Assembly (NCBI RefSeq): GCF_002113885.1
Contig: NW_018407522.1
Span: 318,079 to 382,078 of the forward strand
DNA length: 64,000 nucleotides
Direction: 5' to 3'
From: Mizuhopecten yessoensis
Taxonomy: Eukaryota
Positions 22,541-37,400 of this stretch are shown piece by piece (the first letter of the stretch is position 1; the number at the start of each line of letters is the position of its first letter). Made by a program: the position numbers and the translations under genes. Under the pieces are notes generated by a model that saw only the letters and a program-made list of their open reading frames with translations, was not told the origin of the DNA and did not search any database.

Positions 22541-23877
22541 TATTATAAATATGATAGCTCTCTATAATTGTGTGTATATAATACAGCAGACCCATGTTGG
22601 CTTATCATTCAAAGCTTGCCTACGAAATTGAACTGAAAAGTTGTAAAGGTTTCATCTGAGATATTTTCAAACAGTTGAATTCAATCTTAACTGGATTTTA
22701 GACTTAAAAAGTGTATTTATTGTATTTAAATGATCGTTTAAACATAAAGGAAATATTCTAAAATCATGAACGTCAACACACTCAGTTTTTCCAAGAATGG
22801 GTTTTGTCATATTTGCTTATTTCAGGAGTACATTTTCAATTCTTACTCCTATTGTCTTAACATATTTTAACACGTCTGATTTTTCAGTAAAATAGAAGCA
22901 AAATATGTTGAGGTCTAGATATGTGTCACAGTGGAATATGATAGACCAACATAATGACACAACAAAGAAAATATTCGAAACAAACACCGATATCTAATAC
23001 AAAATACATATATTATACTCGATGGAATGCAATAATGCAACATTGTCAATATAAAATCTTGTCCTGACAATAGCGTCTAAAGAGCAGTCTTTTAGACGAT
23101 TGTTTTAAGGCAGTTGTTTATATATAATTTGTGAGTTATAAAATATTGTCCTACATGTGTGAAATGATGTAAACAACATCTTAAGTTTTAACAGAAATTC
23201 TTGCCTTTTTTAAATATACATAAATTCACCTCATTTTTCTTTTAAGAATTTCTTAAGTTTTATGTTGATTTTAAATGCATATATATGAAAACTATTTTTA
23301 TCAGCAAAATTTAATCAATGTGCGATATTTTAAACTTATTTCATACATTCTTGTCATCAACTCCAGATGCAGGTTCATCCTTTTAAGTTAAAGATTTAAA
23401 CATGCAAACTTTTGTCTATGTCAAACTATCTAGGGCTAGTCGGGCCACTGGGTACAATATAAATTGTACATTATTGTGTATTGATATGTAAAAAGTGACT
23501 GGATACCCAAATATGGGTACATGTAAGAGTGATATTTGTTTGGAAAAAAAATCATGTTTAAAACTTGACACTTGGTCTATGTGTCGCCTACAAAGTAAAG
23601 GGGGACACCTACAGTAGGAATCACTGCATCAACATTGTCCACACAAATGGTTTCTGTGTATGATAACCGTTACAGGAATAAATTATTCATAAAAAAATGA
23701 TCAGGAACACATATTTGTTTATTATGTACAACATTTTCTATTAAAATGTTTTAAATGTTATTAGTTTTCCGCTTTTCTTTGCCTTTGTCGTTGTTTTTTT
23801 AACATGTTCACTAATAGCAATATATAGGGATGGGATTTGGGGTTCCATTAGGTGAATTAAATTTCTCACATCAGTCA

Positions 23878-24695
23878 TTTTTAGCTCACCTGGCCCGAAG
23901 GGCCAAGTGAGCTTATGGCATGGTGCAGCGTCCGTCCGTTCGTCGTCGTCAACATTTTCCTTTAAACAACTTCTTCTTAGTAACCAAGTAACCATAAGGC
24001 CTAGGGTGATGATATTTGGCCAGAAGCATGCTGGGATGAAGGGCTACCAAGTTTGTTCAAATAAATGACCTTGACTTATATTCAAGGTCACAGGGGTCAA
24101 ATATGTTTAAAACCTTTCAACAACTTCTTNNNNNNNNNNNNNNNNNNNNNNNNNNNNNNNNNNNNNNNNNNNNNNNNNNNNNNNNNNNNNNNNNNNNNNN
24201 NNNNNNNNNNNNNNNNNNNNNNNNNNNNNNNNNNNNNNNNNNNNNNNNNNNNNNNNNNNNNNNNNNNNNNNNNNNNNNNNNNNNNNNNNNNNNNNNNNNN
24301 NNNNNNNNNNNNNNNNNNNNNNNNNNNNNNNNNNNNNNNNNNNNNNNNNNNNNNNNNNNNNNNNNNNNNNNNNNNNNNNNNNNNNNNNNNNNNNNNNNNN
24401 NNNNNNNNNNNNNNNNNNNNNNTTTCAAGGTCACAGGTGTCAAATGTCTTAAAATCTTCAAACAACTTCTTCTCAATAACCAAAAGGCCCAGGGTACTGA
24501 TATTTGGCCTGTAGCAATCAGGGCTACCAAATTTGTTCAAATGAATGACCTTGACCCACTTTCAACCTAATGTCATTGTTTGACATTCAAGGTCACACTG
24601 ATATTCTGCCTGTAGCTGTATTTTAGTCCACTTTTAAGTTTACAAGTGTGAGATTAATACCAGGTGAGCGATGCAGGCCAGTTGGGCCTCTTGTT
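23878..24695 (+). mobile_element. HINE/pearl-like element spanning an assembly gap (N at 24130-24422)
   Basis: 5' hairpin gctcacctggccc-gaa-gggccaagtgagc, (cgtc)n microsatellite, tgaccttga/tcaaggtca repeats, 3' caggtgagc + aggcc..ggcct hairpin + cttgtt. Confidence 0.75.
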
Positions 24696-24808
24696 ACAGT
24701 GGTTCAAGGTAAAATTTTAACCTGTAAGTATAATACTACAGGATCATTCTCAATTGTGACTTTCAAAGTTGTATTTATAAGGTCACTTATTTGATTATTT
24801 GAACAAAC

Positions 24809-24904
24809 TTAACCCTTTCACCACTGTAGACCAAAATGGACTCATCAAGATCAATGCATTGTAGTATGGAGTCTACTAAAGTTACATAGGGGTGAAAGGG
24901 TTAT
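24809..24904. mobile_element. ~90-bp piggyBac-like MITE (related copies at 37588-37676 and 32268-32358)
   Basis: ttaaCCCTTTCACC...GGTGAAAGGGttat termini; the 37588 copy shares the internal sequence. Confidence 0.65.
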
Positions 24905-25127
24905 ATTAATAGTCTTCTATCCATGTAAGCTATATTATACAAAGCATGATCAATAACCTCATGATAGGTTATAATTCAGATTTGTTTTTAAAGATATTAT
25001 TAAAGTTGACAATGTGACCTTAAAAAATTGTCAAGGTCATTCATTTTAACAATCTTTTACTCCAGAAGACTATAAGTAAAACTTCATTACTCTAGGCCTC
25101 TTGGTTATTCTGGAAATGTTTAGAGAA

Positions 25128-25775
25128 TAAGAAGAGGCATAATAGACCCGTATCACTCACTTGTTATTCCTGTCACGTGACCTTCAAAGATGAACCAGTT
25201 TAAAATTTAATAATAAAGTATTGTTGCTTTACACATAACGGTTCTTTGAAACTTTATTACCTGATCCTGTACTGTACACTTTAGCAATCTTCTCTGGAAG
25301 ACATTAACTTGATGTACTAATCTGACCTTTAAAGATGGTCAAGGTTATTCATCATTCTTGCTGTTCATGTTCTTTTATAATTCAAACACTGTTTAGTTCA
25401 TTTTAATACAAGTTCCACCCAGAAGTTACTAGCAAAACTAGTAACTCTCAATAATGACAACTTCATCTAAAACATGTTCTTAAAGCGGAGGATATGAATA
25501 CCACGAAATTGCTTGTATATAATATCATGACTCGGGGCCTTTTGGTTTATCAGAAGAAATTGTTTGAAGTTTTGACATATTTTAACCCTGTTACCTTGAA
25601 AGTAGGTCAAGGTCATTTGTATTCACAGAATTTAATAGGCTCCATCCCAGGAAGCTACTTGCCAAATATCATGACTGTAAGCCTTTTGGTTCTTCAGACA
25701 AAACCATTGAAAGGAAAAGTTGACAGACAGATGTACGCTGGATGCCATACCAACGTATTGGCTGACCAGCCCTTC
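25128..25775 (-). mobile_element. Decayed HINE/pearl-like copy
   Basis: accttgaaagtaggtcaaggtcatt and aaatatcatgact motifs as in 2385-3407; gacagacag end. Confidence 0.5.
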
Positions 25776-28700
25776 CAGGCACTGGACGATGTTCAATGTT
25801 CTTTTCCCCATAGCTTCCTAGGATTCAAAATTTTCACAAACAACTTCTGGTTTAAATTCAGAAGAATCAAAAGGCCCAGTTGCAATATATTTACCGAGCA
25901 GCTTCCTGGTATGGAGCCTGTCAACACTTGAGCTAATTCAAGGTAAGTACTAACTACTAAGGTACAAAATGTATTAAATACATGTAATTTCTATAAATTT
26001 CTGGTTAGAAAGTACCCCAAAATATTTCAGTAATGAACTCATATCCGACAGGTGTACATGTATACTTATTTTCCTTATTGGCAGTCTACAAGTTTACTCA
26101 TTTTTATACGCATTTCGAAAGACGAGATGTATTAATTATGTTATCACGTTGAGGGAAGCTGGGCGGGCGTGCTTGGTGTCTGTTCGATACCGTCATTACT
26201 TTTCAACAGGTTAAATTCAAACTTCATTAGAAGGTTCATTACCATAACAGCTCGGACATTTAATTCCATAGCCACCAATATACCCGACAGTAACTTACGG
26301 AGTTGGGGCTCTTTATCCACTATCTGAAACGGTGATGCTTGACATCCCGAGTAGTTTTCAATGGATTAACTTCAAACTTCAAAGAAAGGTTCATTGCTAT
26401 GATAGCTCGGAAAAGTTTAATAACAGCAATTATCGGAATGTAACTTAAAGAGCTATGGCCCTTGATTCAATTGCTCAACCAGTGACATCTATTTCAGGAA
26501 GGTTCATTGCCATGATAGTTGGGACAAGTTCGATAACCACCGTTGCCAACCGTTATTTATGGAGTTATTGCCCTTTATGTACAACCATACAGACAACTAC
26601 TCATTCGTTATATGTTCCTCTTTCGCGCTATACCCTTGTTGATGAATCGGAATTACATATATAACTACGACAGGACTAACCATGATACCGAATAGTTTTT
26701 TATTGCTTTTTCCAATTCTTTATGAATTCATATTCATTCAAATAATGTAATGTTATGAGAAATAAATAATTAATTGTTCAGAAGACAATAAATCCACAAA
26801 TTACAATTACCTACTACGTACACTACTTCAGAATTCTTTAAATTGCAAGTTTTTCTTCTTCAAGAGAAAAAAAGTATTTACATTAATTCTTAAATATGTA
26901 ATTACAAGAAATTTAAAATCTGATGTCAATCATTTCAAATATAATAATTTATGGTTAACAAATAAATGTACAAGACTGAAATCTCCTGTGGGTAGGTTTT
27001 GGTGGCTTTATGTTTCTGAACCAGTGAAAACAGTATTATGACACAAGCTTTCCTTACTGGCAGATATATACTAATCAGCAAATAAGATGTACTGTATTTG
27101 CTGTAATTAGCGTCCCTCCCCCTTTTTCCAGACGAACTGAAATTATATAAACCCCTTCCCTATTTGATAAAACACCCTTCAGAATATTTTATTATCCTAA
27201 TGAGTGCCCCCATTTCTGCTAATGTTTTAAGCCCTGGGTGCTTATTATGGAAACTACCAATTTTTGTTGTAACATTATTCAACTGTTGTCTCAACAACCA
27301 CAATTATGAATACCATGCTGGAGATTAATATTATACAGATATCATATAGAGAAGAAAATCTTGAAAAGGTCAAACAAAAGATTTGGTATTGATGTGATAT
27401 TACTATCCTGTATGAACAATCGTTATCTAAAAAATAATTTATGTATAACCAGTCTTTTATGCTCCAAACTCTTTTTAAGAGTGAGTTTTAATCTAAGCCT
27501 ACAGATACAAAAAATAAATGAATGAAATAATAACTTTTTTTATATTTGTGTGCATCTTAAATAATGCTTTTCAAAAGTGAAAAAAAAAAAAAATCAAAAC
27601 AACTTGGACATGTATACATATATATATTTATAAAATCAACAACAACAAAATTATCAAATAATTAAACATTTACTGTACCATCACTTTAAATTTGTCAATC
27701 AATTTATGCCGACAGAATATTAAAATATTAACACAAAACTTGGCACATATTAAATGACTTGTAATTTTGTAATCTTCAACCATAATTACATCCTGTTCTT
27801 CTTTTGTTTATAAATCCACATCCATTTAGCACAACCTTGCATTATTTGTTATCAGGTTAAATTATGCAGTGTCTAAAAACAGTTGGATCTAAAGAACTTG
27901 ATGCTGTATTCTTTTACAGTGAAACCTGTTTAAAACAGACATTGTATCGTAGGGAAATCTATATAAACCTGAGCTACAGTATATAAGCTATTTTCAACTC
28001 GGTCCCACTGTCTACATTTTACGTAAATTAAACCTGTGTAATATAAAAAGCTGTATAAACTGAACAATCCACTTGGTCCCACATGTACATTTTTTTTCTG
28101 TAAATTGCACCTGTGTAATCAGGAAAACTACAGGCCAGACCTTCAACTAGGTCACACTCTTTCACACATAGTTTCAACACATTCTCTTCTATATATTTTT
28201 TTTAAATATCTCAATTCAAAATACTCTTGTATTACAACCATTTTACTCTCACAACCTTGATCTCACGACCCTTCCAAACACGGACAACAAATCTACAGAT
28301 ATATCTTGACAAAGAGACCAGTTGGTCTTGAAATGTTGCGACACTTTAATACATACATTGTTTGTGTAGAAAGTAAAACTTTGATATCACATATATTTCA
28401 AAACTGATGAATCGTATTTAAGATAAACCTACAGATTGTTTCCTAGATAAAAATACCTATGCTTTATTACACAAGACTTACATTGTACATAGAAACAACT
28501 AGACCGTAATACTGGAAAATCTTAACAATGTCTATAATGTCACCAGTTAACATCAGCACAGTGTCATGAGGTCTGACTGCAGACTCATATTAAACATCAG
28601 ACTCGGTGTTCTCATTAAAACTTGTTGTTGGCAAAAGTAGCCCGCTTATTATAATTCATCAATTTTGAACAGGCTATTATTTCTGAATACATACATACCG

Positions 28701-29904
28701 GGGTATATAGGTCAACGTCATTATAGTATGTGATCATTTGACCAGCTTTTCTTTTTTAATTAACTCAACCACTTGTTCCAAGAGAACCATGAGACTGATA
28801 TTAAAAAGACTAGGATTTAACATGCTGCAAACTAATCTTATTCCTTAACTTAAAGAACATACATTGTATATATTACTAGGCTGAATGAGAACTGGTTTAA
28901 AACAGACAGGACTTAAGGGGAATAATTAAGGCTTATTTGTCTATTAATGACAAGGTAAAGTTTTTGTTGAGTTGTAGCTATCTATGGATGATTGGAATCA
29001 AACATGAGCTGAGTAGTTATGGCTAGTCTGATTATCTGTTGTCTAAATTGACTATCAGATAAAAAAAAAAATCCAAATAAACTTTTCACTTCATTTCTAC
29101 AATGCACCATGAAAATGAGATGATATTTAAAGAAATCCTCAACCAGTCAACCATATCGACAAAACATCATACCAAAGCTATAGCTGGAAATGAGTTAAAA
29201 TACAACACTGTTTAAACCTTAGATGTCAAACTGCCGTATATGGATCTAACATTAGTCACATTGCTGCCTGATAGAAGCAAATTGTACCCTAAATAGTCGT
29301 CAATTGTTTCAAAATTTGGAAACATATTTGAAACCCATCCCTTAAAACACATACAGTACATTGATATCACCATACCTTACAAGTTACAGATCTTTATTTT
29401 GAAAAGTCACATTCAACAAAGTGTTGACAGAAACTAGCTTTATATAGTGACGGTTTACGTGTTTGGTTCAAAATGACTTCATCTGACAATGATCCTTTAA
29501 ACACATTACAAAATCACTTGTCATCAGACATTATAATAAGCTAACAATATTTTAATGTTGTGGATATGGTGATTTTACTTTTGCCCCATAATCATAACTT
29601 CATGTAAACTCTGAATAAATAATGTACAGTTAATGATCAGTAAATCTGAATTCCTTCATTATTATTTACTAATTACTTTTCAACACTTGTATTATATACT
29701 TGTGTACACAACCTATCTAATATCAAGTATAATATGGAATATATCAAGACAATGAATCACTTTAAATGATTATCTATCTGCACATTGATTCACAAAAATA
29801 GGAATCTATTGATATCAAGGCCATTTTAGGAATAACTTGAGATTGTCTTAATAAAAATAGTAAAAAAAGATTTGTAACAAAGGTGAGAATAAGGCTCATT
29901 TGAG

Positions 29905-31010
29905 AAGGGGGCTTAATTGTGAGAGGAGGCTTACTTGTGAAGGGGCTTAATTGTGAAGGGGCTTAATTGTTGAATGTTACTTATTTGTGAAGGTGAAAGT
30001 GCTTATTTGTGATAGAGGGCTTATTTGTGAAAGGGAAGGGACTTACATAGTATTTGTCAGATCAGGGGTTACTTGTGAGGGGAAGGGGGCTTATTTGTCA
30101 GATCAGGGGCTACTTGTGAGGGGAAAGGGGCTTATTTGTCGGATTGGGGCTTACTTGTGAGGGGAAGGGGGCTTATTTGTCAGATCAGTGGTTACTTGTG
30201 AGGGAAAGGGGGCTTATTTGTGAGATCAGGGGTTACTTGTGAGGGGAAGGGGGCTTATTTGTGAGATCAGGGGTTACTTGTGAGGGAAAGGGGGCGTATT
30301 TGTGAGATCAGGGGTTATTTATGAGAGGAAGGGGGCTTATTTGTCAGGTCAGGGGTTACATGTGAGGGGAAGGGGGCTTATTTGTCAGATCAGGGGTTAC
30401 TTGTGAGGGGAAGGGGGCTTATTTGTCAGGTCAGGGGTTACTTGTGAGGGGAAGGGGGCTTATTTGTGAGGTCAGGGGTTACTTGTGAGGGGAAGGGGGC
30501 TTATTTGTGAGGTCAGGGGTTACTTGTGAGGGGAAGGGGGCTTATTTGTGAGATCAGGTGTTACTTGTGAGGGGAAGGGGGCTAATTTGTGAGATCAGGG
30601 GTTACTTGTGAGGGGAAGGGGGCGTATTTGTGAGATCAGGGGTTACTTGTGAGAGGAAGGGGGCTTATTTGTCAGGTCAGGGGGTACTTGTGAGGGGAAG
30701 GGGGCCTATTTGTCAGGTCAGGGGTTACTTGTAAGGGGAAGGGGGCTTATTTGTGAGGTCAGGGGTTACTTGGGAGGGGAGGGGGGCTTATTGGGCAGAG
30801 TGGGGGTTGCTTGTGGGGGGAAGGGGGCGTATTTGTGAGGTCAGGGGTTACTTGGGAGGGGAGGGGGGCTTATTGGGCAGAGTGGGGGTTGCTTGTGGGG
30901 GGAAGGGGGCTTATTTGTGAGGTCAGGGGTTACTTGTGAGGGGAAGGGGGCTTATTTGTCAGATTGGGGGTTACTTGTGAGGGGAAGGGGGCTTATTTGT
31001 GAGATGTGGG
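29905..31010. repeat. G-rich 41-bp minisatellite (~24 copies plus shorter monomers at the left end)
   Basis: Unit gggggcttatttgtgagatcaggggttacttgtgaggggaa; starts at 30249 and 30290. Confidence 0.95.
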
Positions 31011-33652
31011 TGATTTGTGATATCACTTTTGTTTGAGAGCTCAACTGTCTGAAAACGTAGATTCAAAACAGCAAAACTGTAGCATAGCCATAAGATCACT
31101 TGACACATTTCCTGATGATAATAGCTAACAGTAACAGTAAAAAGGACAACCAAATACATTTAGATCCATTTATAACATTTTTCTAAAGATGTTCAATTGA
31201 AAAAAAATCTCTGCACTATACTTAACCACCACAATATGTATCACAGTACTACTTTAAATATATATACAAAATATATACATAAACTGTAGTAAATTAAACA
31301 TTTTTAGGAAAAAAACAAATATCACAGAATTTCTTCTTGGATAACAAAAGTCAATATTTATAGAATACTACAAATAGAACAAGTACTAGCAAACAATGAT
31401 ATTTATAGGGCTACATTACAACCACAAGCAGGGCTCTTTCAACACAAAGACATGTACCTTATAACATACATACAAATAAACTACTCAACTGGATTGTTTC
31501 TTTTGTTTTAACACGACACCTGTAACCTTGAAAGCTGGTCAAGGTCATTCATTCAACTATAATTAAGATAAAACCCAGTTAGCTATCCTTTAAAGGGTCA
31601 AAGGTCATTTATGTGAAATATTTGATAGCCCTTCACTCAGCTACAGGACAAACATGATTCTTGGCCTTATAGTTCTGAGGAAGTTATTTTGAAGCTCTTA
31701 ACACATTTGACCTCTGTGACCTTCAAAGTTACAAGTTCCTTATTTAAACAAATATGCTGGCCCTTTATCACAGCAAAGTATATACCAAATATCACAACAT
31801 GTTTAAATATACCTATCACAGTGTTACAAATGAAAGTGTTCAAGTTCATGAAGTTTTCTGTAGGTTGTGTTTAGTAATTAAAATAAACAAATAACACTCT
31901 GTCACTTATTTACTGTAATACCCAGCAATGAATATAAAGGCACAGAAACTGCAAAATGGAATCCAAATAAGGAAATAATGAAAATTGTACTAAACTCTGT
32001 ATAATATAAAAACATTATTAAGAGATGACTCTTTAATGATCAACAAACCACAACTATTATGTCAATCAAGCATTAAACTGAGAAATTCTCAGTTAAAAAA
32101 AATGCCTAGACATGTAAATTAATATACTATGTTACTGGTGACATGTCTTTTCCAAAAGAGATCGATCCACACTATGACGTATAAAAAGAGATGTTTTAAA
32201 AATATTAATTATGACTTGGTTAGTTAATCAATATTTGAAACGTACACTCTACGTAAGGACCCTAACAGTAACTCATTCACCCCTGAAATTTCATAATGAA
32301 CTATTCCAACCTTTGAATTGGAAGAGTTCAAATGTGTCTTCAGGGGTGAATGAGTTAATACAATGTATTACATTATGAAATATCATACTCTATTACCGAG
32401 TTAATTATGAATTTAAATTCTCAAGGGAGATAGTATGTTTTATTACATGCCTGTTGAAAAATTCACAGCTCTGATTGGAGAAAAGACGTCATGTGATGAG
32501 TCTGAAAATCTTCTTTGTGGATCCCGTTCTATGAATAGAGATATGTTCTTTGACTTAGGGAGATTAAAATTCAACCTTAAAGGGATAATAATACTGACAT
32601 TTGTTTGGTCGATTTTTATTCGAGGTGTACAAGTACTGGTACCCTTGGGTGTTTTTATAAAAGGATTCTGTTACCTTCAAAAAGACACAGATTGCTATTT
32701 ATTGATGAAAACTCTTGCTTTTTTTTTGGCAAACAAATAGTGAAACACTACACAGTGATCAATAAAATCTTAATTATACACAACATCTGGAAAATGAGAT
32801 CTCTCATTATATCGAAAAGTGACAATTCAACCAGACCCGTATAGATAAACCTATCAGTTCTGTATTGAAGCTCAAGTTCTACCAGATAGTTCAGGTGAAA
32901 TTATATTGCTTTTAAAAAACTGAAATTATTTCATTTTTTTGTTCATACTTAAACAAGAATTCTAGTTGTTAAAAAAAAAATTTGGACATCAATATAAAGG
33001 TAATATTGAAAATATTACGCGTACATTTAGATTTGTAGGGAAGTAACATTGTAATTATCTATCGACACAAACATTAAAAAACATTTACATGCAATGTTTT
33101 CCTATATACATTCCTTAATATATAGGTTCAACTGTACCCAAAAAAGGGGGAACATCTCAATACAGATACCATAATATACAATATTGTACGTCCAAAAGGG
33201 GAGGTTTCCCATGACGTAAGTTTATTGTACTGACTTAGGAAGCACATGGTCTGACATTAAAGGATCTACTGTACCTAAGAAAGGTTTGGCCTCACAACAC
33301 AAGTTCTACTGTACTGACAGAAGGTTTATCAATCATTTTCCTGTACATTGACAATACCAATACTATTTTACAGTTGAGCTTTAACTGGAATGTTGAACAT
33401 AATGCACATTAAAACCCTGTGTAAAAATGAATGAAATCTGAAGCCGCTAAGTTATCTACTCTACAGTTTCAAGCTATTTACAACAGCTCCACCAAACCAT
33501 GAATGCAGTTCAAGAGGAATTGAATCAAGTATATTAATGGAATACAATATTAGAAGAAAACCTTGACATTTAAAGGAGTACAATACTTTGAACAACCACC
33601 ATTAAGGATTTAAGGATCTTACCATGTAAGAATACTGCATAAGATTTTCAAT

Positions 33653-34492
33653 TTAACATGCGTTACTGTAAAAAAATGAGATATTGAAAATTGGAATAAG
33701 TTCTACATTAAATACTATTGGATCTGGTAAGTGACTAGAATGTCCCGTGTGACATGTGGTTGGGTCCAAAGCCTCTCTGTGGGATTCACACTCTGGCCTG
33801 CATTGACCTTGACAAGCTCCACCCTGACCTTCAGCATTCAGCGATGTCATTGACCCTTGACCTTCAGCATTCAGCGATGTTGCTGATCCATGACCTCCAG
33901 CATTCAGTGATGTTGCTGACCCTTGACCTCCAGCATTCAGCGATGTTGCTGATCCATGATCTTCAGCATTCAGCGAACTTCCTGACCCTTGACCTTCAGC
34001 ATTCAGTAATGTATTTGAACCCTCATTTTCTTCAGAACCCCCGAAGAAACTTTGCCCAGGCAAACACACCCTGTCATGGCCATCATTGTCTTCTCCATCA
34101 TTAACACCTGACTGAGACTCATTTTTACCCTTAAAGTCTACACTTTCAGAGTTGTTTCCCTTTGCAGAGCTCTCACAGTGCTTACCATCAGAACAAGTGG
34201 GGTTGACTGATCGTTCCTGAGTGTGTCGAGTACCTGGTGCCCTTGTAGAGCTGTGTGAAGTCCTAACTCCTGTACGTGATGTAGTTTTCCCTGGTGTACT
34301 CCGAGTCGTCGTGGTTCTGGTTGTCCCAGTTTTGTTCTGACTTTGTAACGAGGACTTTCCGACAGACTTTTCAGACCCACCATCTGTTGACTTTGTACCT
34401 GTGCTGGAACCGGACAGTTTGCGGGTTCTATCACTTGTTAAAACAGGCCTGGCTTTTAATGTAGTTTTCTGTTCTTTGACCTCTGTTTTTTT
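33653..34492 (-). CDS. BTBD8: BTBD8-like last coding exon (S/T/G-rich tail with 11-aa repeats)
   Basis: gtgcag|KKTEVKEQK...; ORF 33653-34534. The last ~25 codons are AT-rich, so the exact end is less certain. Confidence 0.75.
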   Translation of the reverse strand, partial: KKTEVKEQKTTLKARPVLTSDRTRKLSGSSTGTKSTDGGSEKSVGKSSLQSQNKTGTTRTTTTRSTPGKTTSRTGVRTSHSSTRAPGTRHTQERSVNPTCSDGKHCESSAKGNNSESVDFKGKNESQSGVNDGEDNDGHDRVCLPGQSFFGGSEENEGSNTLLNAEGQGSGSSLNAEDHGSATSLNAGGQGSATSLNAGGHGSATSLNAEGQGSMTSLNAEGQGGACQGQCRPECESHREALDPTTCHTGHSSHLPDPIVFNVELIPIFNISFFYSNAC

Positions 34493-37400
34493 CTGCACAA
34501 AGAACATTTTAATTGTTTCTTTAGAAAATACCATTAATATGCCATAACAACTGTGAATTGTATAATTATTAAATGAAACATTCTACAAGAATGAATTTTT
34601 CATTTGATAGAGACATCGTAACACTATATTTGATGTTTTTCTCCTCCGCAATGAGTCTATATAATTCCATGAACAGGTATATTTGGGTTCAACTTTTGAA
34701 AATTGCAATGAACTCCATAGATACTTGAAAATATACAAGTATTATTAAAATTATATGTGATTCATCGAAAGCAATTATTGAATAAAAAAACTTGTTTATT
34801 ATTTTCATTACAATGTATTACAATATTTGCAGATTCAAACATTATGACAAATATGGCAGATTTTTACATGAATGCTGACATTGGCCTTCAATCAAATATA
34901 TATAATAATTATAATCAATACCTTTTGCATCCTCATAAATCTTGGCCCCATTTTCTTCTCCTTGACAGACATGTCTAATACAACAAAGCTGGAATCTGGT
35001 AATGTAGAAATATAAACCATTTGATTGCAACATCCAAGACAAAATCCACTGTCCATCAAACTAATTAAAAAGTATGAAACAATTCAAAATGTTTCCCCAT
35101 GCCATTACTCAATGTAGTTTATCAAAAGTCTGCCAGTTGTGTTTCAGACACAACTTGGAATTTCATCAAATTTCATTACATGTATTAAATAATGTTACAT
35201 ATTACATGTGCATATATATTTGCACCAATTCTTTTTCTTTTGACAGATTTGTTGAGACATACATGTATGCGAGTACAGAATGGAATGTATCATTCCACAG
35301 GCAAGGGAAGAATCTTAGCTTTCAGGTGTAGAGTTTGGGGGACTAAATCTGTAACAAATCTCAGGTCTGACACCCCATTCTACACACACAGTAGGAGTTC
35401 CATATCCCCCACACCAATCAAGGTTTTCCCATTAATGTGGGATGGGGGTCTTTTTGTCTCATTTTGGTAAGAAAACTTACTTTCTGGGAAGGAAATTTAG
35501 GAGTACACTGCAAATTTTGGGAATTATAGGCATGAATATGAAATAATTTCAATTCAGAATAGGGACCATTATCGGCCCCAAAAAGTCCACAGAAATAACA
35601 CTGCCGATATACTTATACCAGTAAAACCTTGTTACAATCAGATCTCTTGCTTCATAATCCCAAGGTTTACATTTTTATATTTTTCTTATTAACAATTCCT
35701 TTAAATATATCTCTTCTCTTTGATCTACCCTCTTAATGTATAATACAACGTCCCATAATTCTGCTGAGCAGCTGATAGCAGTATAACAACGTTTTAATGA
35801 GCAATATGTTGTGGGTGACATCCATTAAGGTCAGATGATGTAATTATAGTGCTTGTTTTAAGGTATATGTACAAAGCATTCTTGTGACCTAGAGAAGTTC
35901 AAATTATTACCTTTTGATGGGTCTATTTATTCTATCATTGTAAATATTAACACAAATGATCAGTGAAAAAAACAAAAGATTTTTCTGGGATTTTAAAATG
36001 ATAAGAATTAAGACAAGGTAGTTAATAGGTAATAATTACAGGACAAAAAGAAATATTTGCTGCAGTTTAATTTTTGCCCTTTTCGCTCTCAGTAATGTCT
36101 TACGAGGGCGGATTTGTCATTACAGCAACATTCGAAAACAACATAACATACAGAGAAGGGCGAAATTAAAACTGAGCGGATATGGCTTTTACTGGCAAGG
36201 GCAAGAATCTGACTAGGCAAAAATTCATAAAGTATACAGTAGAAACTAGCAAAGTTTTCTAACCAAACTGGCAAACAGCTTAAAATGATTAAACACCATA
36301 CTTTTTCAATTTAGCTACATGTACCAGTAATATTAGACAGATTTTAAGACTGGTGAGGTAAGTTGACTCACTTTTCATGAGGTGAGCTTGTAGATCCTTA
36401 TTGAGTATATCCCAGTCCTTGGTCAGAGCCATCTGGTGGATGTGCAGCTTCATAAACTCCTCACACATCTTGTACAGGGACCGGATAAAGGCACAAAACT
36501 CCTACAAACAACAAATTAAAGTGTGAATACAGTACAAATACAGGATAAAGATATGTTGTCTCTCCAAACAACACACACACTTGGAATGGTAGGTTCACGT
36601 ATTGTAATCAAACAATTGAGTTACATGAAGTAAGGTTTCACTAGAGGTTGAATTTTCAGTAAATTGACAGTGACCACCTTCCTTTGGGAAAATGGAACAG
36701 AAAGGATTCAAAAAGTGAAATGTAAGCATGGGAGATGCGAGTCTGTTTTTCTGAGATTCCACTTCATGTTAAAACCTTTGATATATATATATAAGTCCTA
36801 TAGTTAACAGATAATACCTTGAAATCAAAATACAAATTTTATTCAAGGGATTATTATTCCAGTCTCCTTACCTTTGATTCCTTGTTTGAAAAACAACAGA
36901 TCAACTCATAATACCAGTAGAGGGATAACGTATAAGGAGCACAAATATTGCTGGATCATAATTGATTCTAAGGTGAAGGGTACAGCTAACGCCATGGTTT
37001 CTTCAATGGTGGAAAAATCTGGTTCACTGTAGGGGGGAAACCATGGCCAGTCGACACTCATAATAAATTACCAGAACTACATGCTCCTTTGCCTGTTGTG
37101 ATTGAATCTATGACTATTATTTATTCTATGCACAAACCTCACTCCAAACGGACTCCATTTCCTCAGAGGTTGATGCCTTGTTGAGTGCATGCAGTCGTTC
37201 GAAGACCTGGCAGGCCCCCGACAGGGGTAGAGAACTGATCACCGTACCAAAGATCTCCTCTAGTAGTCCCATCTGGTACGCCAGGGTCTGTAGGACAAGC
37301 AACAGATTGAATTGAATGTACATTATATCGTATCATTGATATGGGTATAGAGGAGATATCTGCCTGTATCCATCTTTTTTCTTTTAAAAATGCTATTGAT

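Noticed and set aside
24065-24570. ORFs of 137-155 aa
   Set aside because: Artefacts of the N gap at 24130-24422.
36063-36274. ORF 36089-36274 as a BTBD8 exon
   Set aside because: Overlaps a small inverted-repeat element (cagtttaatttttgccctt / aagggcgaaattaaaactg) and I could not fit it to the required splice phases; 34922-34995 fits.
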